This document shows, piece by piece, positions 60,356 through 64,000 of a stretch of 64,000 nucleotides of DNA. Where the stretch lies: contig AP024668.1 of the NCBI GenBank assembly GCA_024346625.1, positions 248,001 to 312,000 on the forward strand. Direction: 5' to 3'. Position numbers and translations under genes: made by a program. Position 1 is the stretch's first letter, and every line of letters begins with the position of its first letter. Under the pieces are notes generated by a model. The model made no database searches. It was not told where the DNA came from and worked only from the letters and a program-made list of their open reading frames with translations. This DNA comes from Williopsis jadinii (taxonomy: Eukaryota).

Positions 60356-61366
60356 TTACACTCTCATGTCTATCGTAGTCTTAAAGTCCTTGTGCCCTAT
60401 GATTGTATTTGAAGGTGCACTCTTGTATCTATGAGCGTTGAAGAAGTCACAGATGATCTTGACGTATTCAGTTGGTCTTTGGTCCAAGATGTCGTGTGAG
60501 GAGTTAACATTGGCGAATTCATTATTCGGGAAAATATCCTGAATCTTTGTCATTCCTTCTTCATTGATGAATGGAGACTTCAGTCCCTTGATGAACTTCA
60601 CTGGACCATTGTACTTCAACCCCTCTGTGGATTCCTCTGGCCAATCAGTAACATCTTTTACAGCAGCTTCTTCCATCTGGCGAATCGGATTCAAAAACTG
60701 GATTAATCCCTCGTCAAAGTTAACCACTGGAGACTCGAATCCATCGGGCTTCTTGTTGACCAAGTTGACGAGTAAATTCTTTCTAATGACTCCGTTTGGT
60801 AAAAACTTCTTCATCGCATCAGAAGCCTTGTTTTTCCAGTCTTTATCAGTGGTTTTGATCTTTGCCTCTTCGAGAACATGAAGCATGCTCTTGACATACT
60901 GTTTCATGTACAGCTCAATGTATGGCTGTTTCACGGGGGCATTGTCGATGATAACTGCACTCTTAACCAATTCTGGATATTTCAAAGCAGCGAGCATAGA
61001 GATCTTTGCACCTAATGAGTAACCCACAAGCTTCACGCTCTTCAGGCCTTGGACGTGACAAAACTCCTTGACATCCTGTGCCAAAGTGTCGTAGTTGAAC
61101 GGCATGGCATGTGACGTTTGACCATGGTTGCGAATATCGACAGTGTAAACCGGGGTATGAGTACCGTCTGCGATCATTTTCGAGTCCAATTCATACGATT
61201 TCTTCGAGCCAAAGATGCCATGAAGAAAGACAATTGGCTCTGTATGTTTTTCATTCAGGTTTTGGAACAGAGAGCGCTGTGGCATGTGTAAATCGTAAGC
61301 CATTGGAACGGTTTCTCTGTGTGGAAGTTTTTGCAGCGTGCTTCTCAAAACTCTTGTTGGGAACAT
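60356..61366 (-). CDS. EAT1: Eat1-type alpha/beta hydrolase (ethanol acetyltransferase/esterase), copy A, triad intact
   Basis: [16 protein letters not shown], nucleophile elbow GYSLG, Asp at Ser+24 (IIDNAP), His in NSSHDIL; presequence-like N-terminus. Confidence 0.85.
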   Translation of the reverse strand: MFPTRVLRSTLQKLPHRETVPMAYDLHMPQRSLFQNLNEKHTEPIVFLHGIFGSKKSYELDSKMIADGTHTPVYTVDIRNHGQTSHAMPFNYDTLAQDVKEFCHVQGLKSVKLVGYSLGAKISMLAALKYPELVKSAVIIDNAPVKQPYIELYMKQYVKSMLHVLEEAKIKTTDKDWKNKASDAMKKFLPNGVIRKNLLVNLVNKKPDGFESPVVNFDEGLIQFLNPIRQMEEAAVKDVTDWPEESTEGLKYNGPVKFIKGLKSPFINEEGMTKIQDIFPNNEFANVNSSHDILDQRPTEYVKIICDFFNAHRYKSAPSNTIIGHKDFKTTIDMRV

Positions 61367-61977
61367 GGCAGTGAACGAATCTTCTTACTGTGTCCTTCTT
61401 GTTAGAATCAAAGGATAACGAAGAATAGCAGACACTCATCCTTTTATACCCAGACACATGATGCACATTCAAGGACTCGCTGAAGATACTTTTTCGCTCA
61501 CGTTTTTAGTGTTAATTATAGAGCTTGACAGCACTTCTAGCCCAACACAACCTCACTGAATCGTTGTTAAAACAACATCAACAAGCTTCAACCCTAACGT
61601 ATTTGCGCATTTTAATGCAGGTCGGATAAAAAAGCAACTAGGGACTTTTAAGTTTTACGTCATCATGCACAGTTTTGTGTCCCCTAACAGATAAGCAACA
61701 CCTCTTTTCTTTTTGCCTGTGGCTTGTGCTGTGCGTGTAGTTTTTCCGGTGCGAGGTGTTCGGATGTTCAATGGAGGCACAAGTTCACGCTATTCGTTAT
61801 ACACCTTGGCTACAATAACAGTTTGAAAAATGTGTGCAAAAGTCTATAGCAGTAACCTTAAATACCCTGTGTTTGTCATTCTATAGTAATGAATATGATT
61901 GTTTTGTTTGCTGTTTAATTGTTCTCTGTGTTGTAAACCTGTATAATCCCCGTACCTTATAATCAACTCTTCATGAT

Positions 61978-63042
61978 TTATAATTGTTTGGTTGCTTGTT
62001 CGACAGTTGAAGCCTCAGAGCTGTTGAGCAAGGCTGGATCCACTTTTTGGATAGTGTGGTGTTTTCCATCTCTTGTGTGTTGCTGCAAAAGCTGGTATCT
62101 AGTCAACTTGATGAAGTCACAGACGGTCTTTGTCACCCTTGATGGCATCTCTGCAAAGATCAGATGGTTTGTGTTGAAAGTGGACATTGTGTAGTTAGGG
62201 AAGTGCTCAGCGTATGCCTTCTCACCTTCCTTAGTGATGAATGCAGACTTCAAACCTTTAACCACTTTAACTGGCCCTTCGAACTTGAGACCTTTAACTT
62301 CTTCAGCTGGCCAGTCGGAAATGTCATCGATAACGTCCTTGTTAAAGTGGCTGATTGGCATTTGAACGCTGATGAGATCTGTATGTCCTGGGATGTGGGA
62401 AGACTTCTTGTTAAGAACGTTTCTCAACAGATACTGAACGATAGAAGCATCTGGAATGTATTTACTCATAACTGCACGTGCCTTTTCTCTCCAGTTCTTA
62501 TCAGTAGCTTTGATATGGGCAGAATCAATCAAAGCGGTCATGGCCTTGAGGAACACTTTCAAGTACACCTTAACTTGAGGGGTTTCAATTGGTGCATTGC
62601 CGATGATGACCCCAGAGTTGACCAGTTTGGGATGCTTGAGCATGGTCAAGAGACCAACCTTTGCACCAAGAGAATAACCAACAATGCTAACTCTCTTCAG
62701 ATCATGCTCTTCACAGAAATCGACAACGTCCTTGCTTAACTGGCTATAGTTAACCAGGGGGAAACAGTGTTCACTTTCACCGTGGTTTCTAAAATCGATG
62801 GCATAAACCGGAGTATGCGTGGTGTTTGCAATGGTTTGGCAGATATCGCCGTAGTTCTTCTTTGAACCAAACACTCCGTGTAAGAACACGATTGGTTCGT
62901 GCGATCTAATTGTCAAGTTTGGAGTCACAGTCTTGTTTGGCATGTGAAGTTTATAAGCCAATGACACTTTAGTCTTTGTTGGAAGTGGCAATAGTGGTGC
63001 CTTTGTGACGGCCTTAGACCAGAGTTGCTTGGTGATTTGCAT
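61978..63042 (-). CDS. Eat1-type alpha/beta hydrolase, copy B (tandem paralogue)
   Basis: [48 protein letters not shown]; Gly instead of Asp at Ser+24. Confidence 0.85.
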   Translation of the reverse strand: MQITKQLWSKAVTKAPLLPLPTKTKVSLAYKLHMPNKTVTPNLTIRSHEPIVFLHGVFGSKKNYGDICQTIANTTHTPVYAIDFRNHGESEHCFPLVNYSQLSKDVVDFCEEHDLKRVSIVGYSLGAKVGLLTMLKHPKLVNSGVIIGNAPIETPQVKVYLKVFLKAMTALIDSAHIKATDKNWREKARAVMSKYIPDASIVQYLLRNVLNKKSSHIPGHTDLISVQMPISHFNKDVIDDISDWPAEEVKGLKFEGPVKVVKGLKSAFITKEGEKAYAEHFPNYTMSTFNTNHLIFAEMPSRVTKTVCDFIKLTRYQLLQQHTRDGKHHTIQKVDPALLNSSEASTVEQATKQL

Positions 63043-63679
63043 GATGTTGGGGGATGTACTGCTCTAAAACCACTTATAGCTCCTATCTCATGCAAGACAC
63101 AAGAGGTTCTTCCGCTATATATATATATAATTTCTATATCCACCTAGCAGCCTACAACCTTTCCCGACACGTAAAACCTATCTGTCGCATCGCACATGCT
63201 CATATTCCAGACCCCAATATCGCCAATTCCATATATCGGCTTTGTTATTTTGGAAACACCTTGCTGTAAATTCCCTTTATGTCTAATGCTTGATGTACGG
63301 GCAATCTGATTCCGCGCGAGAATAAGCACTAGCGTGAAAATTTTTGTCTGCTAGCCCCTACGTAGCGGATGGTGGCCTCTTTCTACCGACACCTCTCCAG
63401 TGTCTATAGCCCCTAACCCAATGCTATTAAAAGAACATTCTCCTATGTATGCAACTGTGGTTGAAGTGCTTGATCTCATTGTTTACCAAACCATCTTTGA
63501 TCGCTTCTTCTGTGAGCCTATTAACCTGGAAAGAGCCTGCGGTGTTAAAGACAAGAAAAAAATGTATTGCATGAAGCCCCCCACGCAATCGCTCCCACGT
63601 ACTTTTGCGTGTTCGCTTTCGTAGGTGCCCTTGGTCTTATCTCCAGTGGCTTTTTTAGTGCTTTGGAGCCTAGACTCTT

Positions 63680-63721
63680 CTAGAGGAGCCCAGCTAGAGG
63701 AGCCCAGCTAAAGGAGCCTAG
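63680..63721 (+). repeat. 3x 14-nt minisatellite CTAGAGGAGCCCAG
   Basis: ctagaggagcccag ctagaggagcccag ctaaaggagcctag. Confidence 0.8.
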
Positions 63722-63901
63722 TTAAGTGGCAGGTCGTACGGCTATAAACTTTAGATAGATGTTTGGGGACGATGCGGAGGCTGTAGGGTGTGCGAAATGG
63801 CAGTGCATCTAAAGCCGATATTCATTTATGTGTGAGGATGTCTACAATATGCCGTTAAGTTTCGCTTTGCAATTAACATCTCTTGTATACCCTTGCATTG
63901 T

Positions 63902-64000
63902 TCAAAACTCCATGGATTTCTTAGCATCGTCGTCACCTTCGTCCTCGACTGGAATTCCCCATTCTTCAATCTCAAACTTCTTTCTGCCGTTCTTGAATGC
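63902..64000 (-). CDS. ELP4: 3' end of Elongator subunit Elp4 (partial)
   Basis: AFKNGRKKFEIEEWGIPVEDEGDDDAKKSMEF* resembles the Elp4 C-terminus; ELP4 lies near MSD1 in S. cerevisiae. Confidence 0.75.
   Translation of the reverse strand, partial: AFKNGRKKFEIEEWGIPVEDEGDDDAKKSMEF

Noticed and set aside
1..64000. tRNA, rRNA, LTR/transposon or CRISPR features
   Set aside because: No tRNA A/B boxes with a cloverleaf, no LTR pairs, no transposase or reverse-transcriptase ORFs and no spaced direct-repeat arrays seen by eye.

Overview
Gene-dense budding-yeast (Saccharomycotina) nuclear DNA using the standard code (CTG falls at conserved Leu positions, e.g. Rpb1 DPNLELD). Gene order looks pre-whole-genome-duplication, and the tandem EAT1 pair suggests the Cyberlindnera/Wickerhamomyces group (inference). 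It holds 29 protein genes: a partial coiled-coil ORF, CPR6, RPO21/RPB1, BPL1, CRD1, CCT4, CDC123, RPC53, SAS10, ATG9, NOP14, RPN5, ATG38, LDB17, TUB4, COP1, a CRR1/UTR2-type GH16, ATH1, ATP1, CCL1, BRN1, SMY2/SYH1, SEC66, NPL4, SSE1, MSD1, two EAT1-like hydrolases and the 3' end of ELP4. Thirteen spliceosomal introns in 11 genes, mostly with GTGAGT donors, correct the ORF-track starts. Main observations: (1) the two apparently empty 1.7-2 kb gaps hold decayed pseudogenes at their syntenic positions, meiotic MSH5 (well supported) and kynurenine monooxygenase BNA4 (moderately supported); (2) the long ATP1 and COP1 introns contain nested complementary arms; (3) RPB1 has a ~600-nt upstream region with no ATG; (4) one EAT1 paralogue has Gly at the catalytic Asp position; (5) a spliced N-terminus gives the GYF protein a metazoan-GIGYF-like motif; (6) the BPL1-CRD1 intergenic region is rich in inverted repeats. 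All homology calls are by eye from remembered family sequences; no searches or folding were run.
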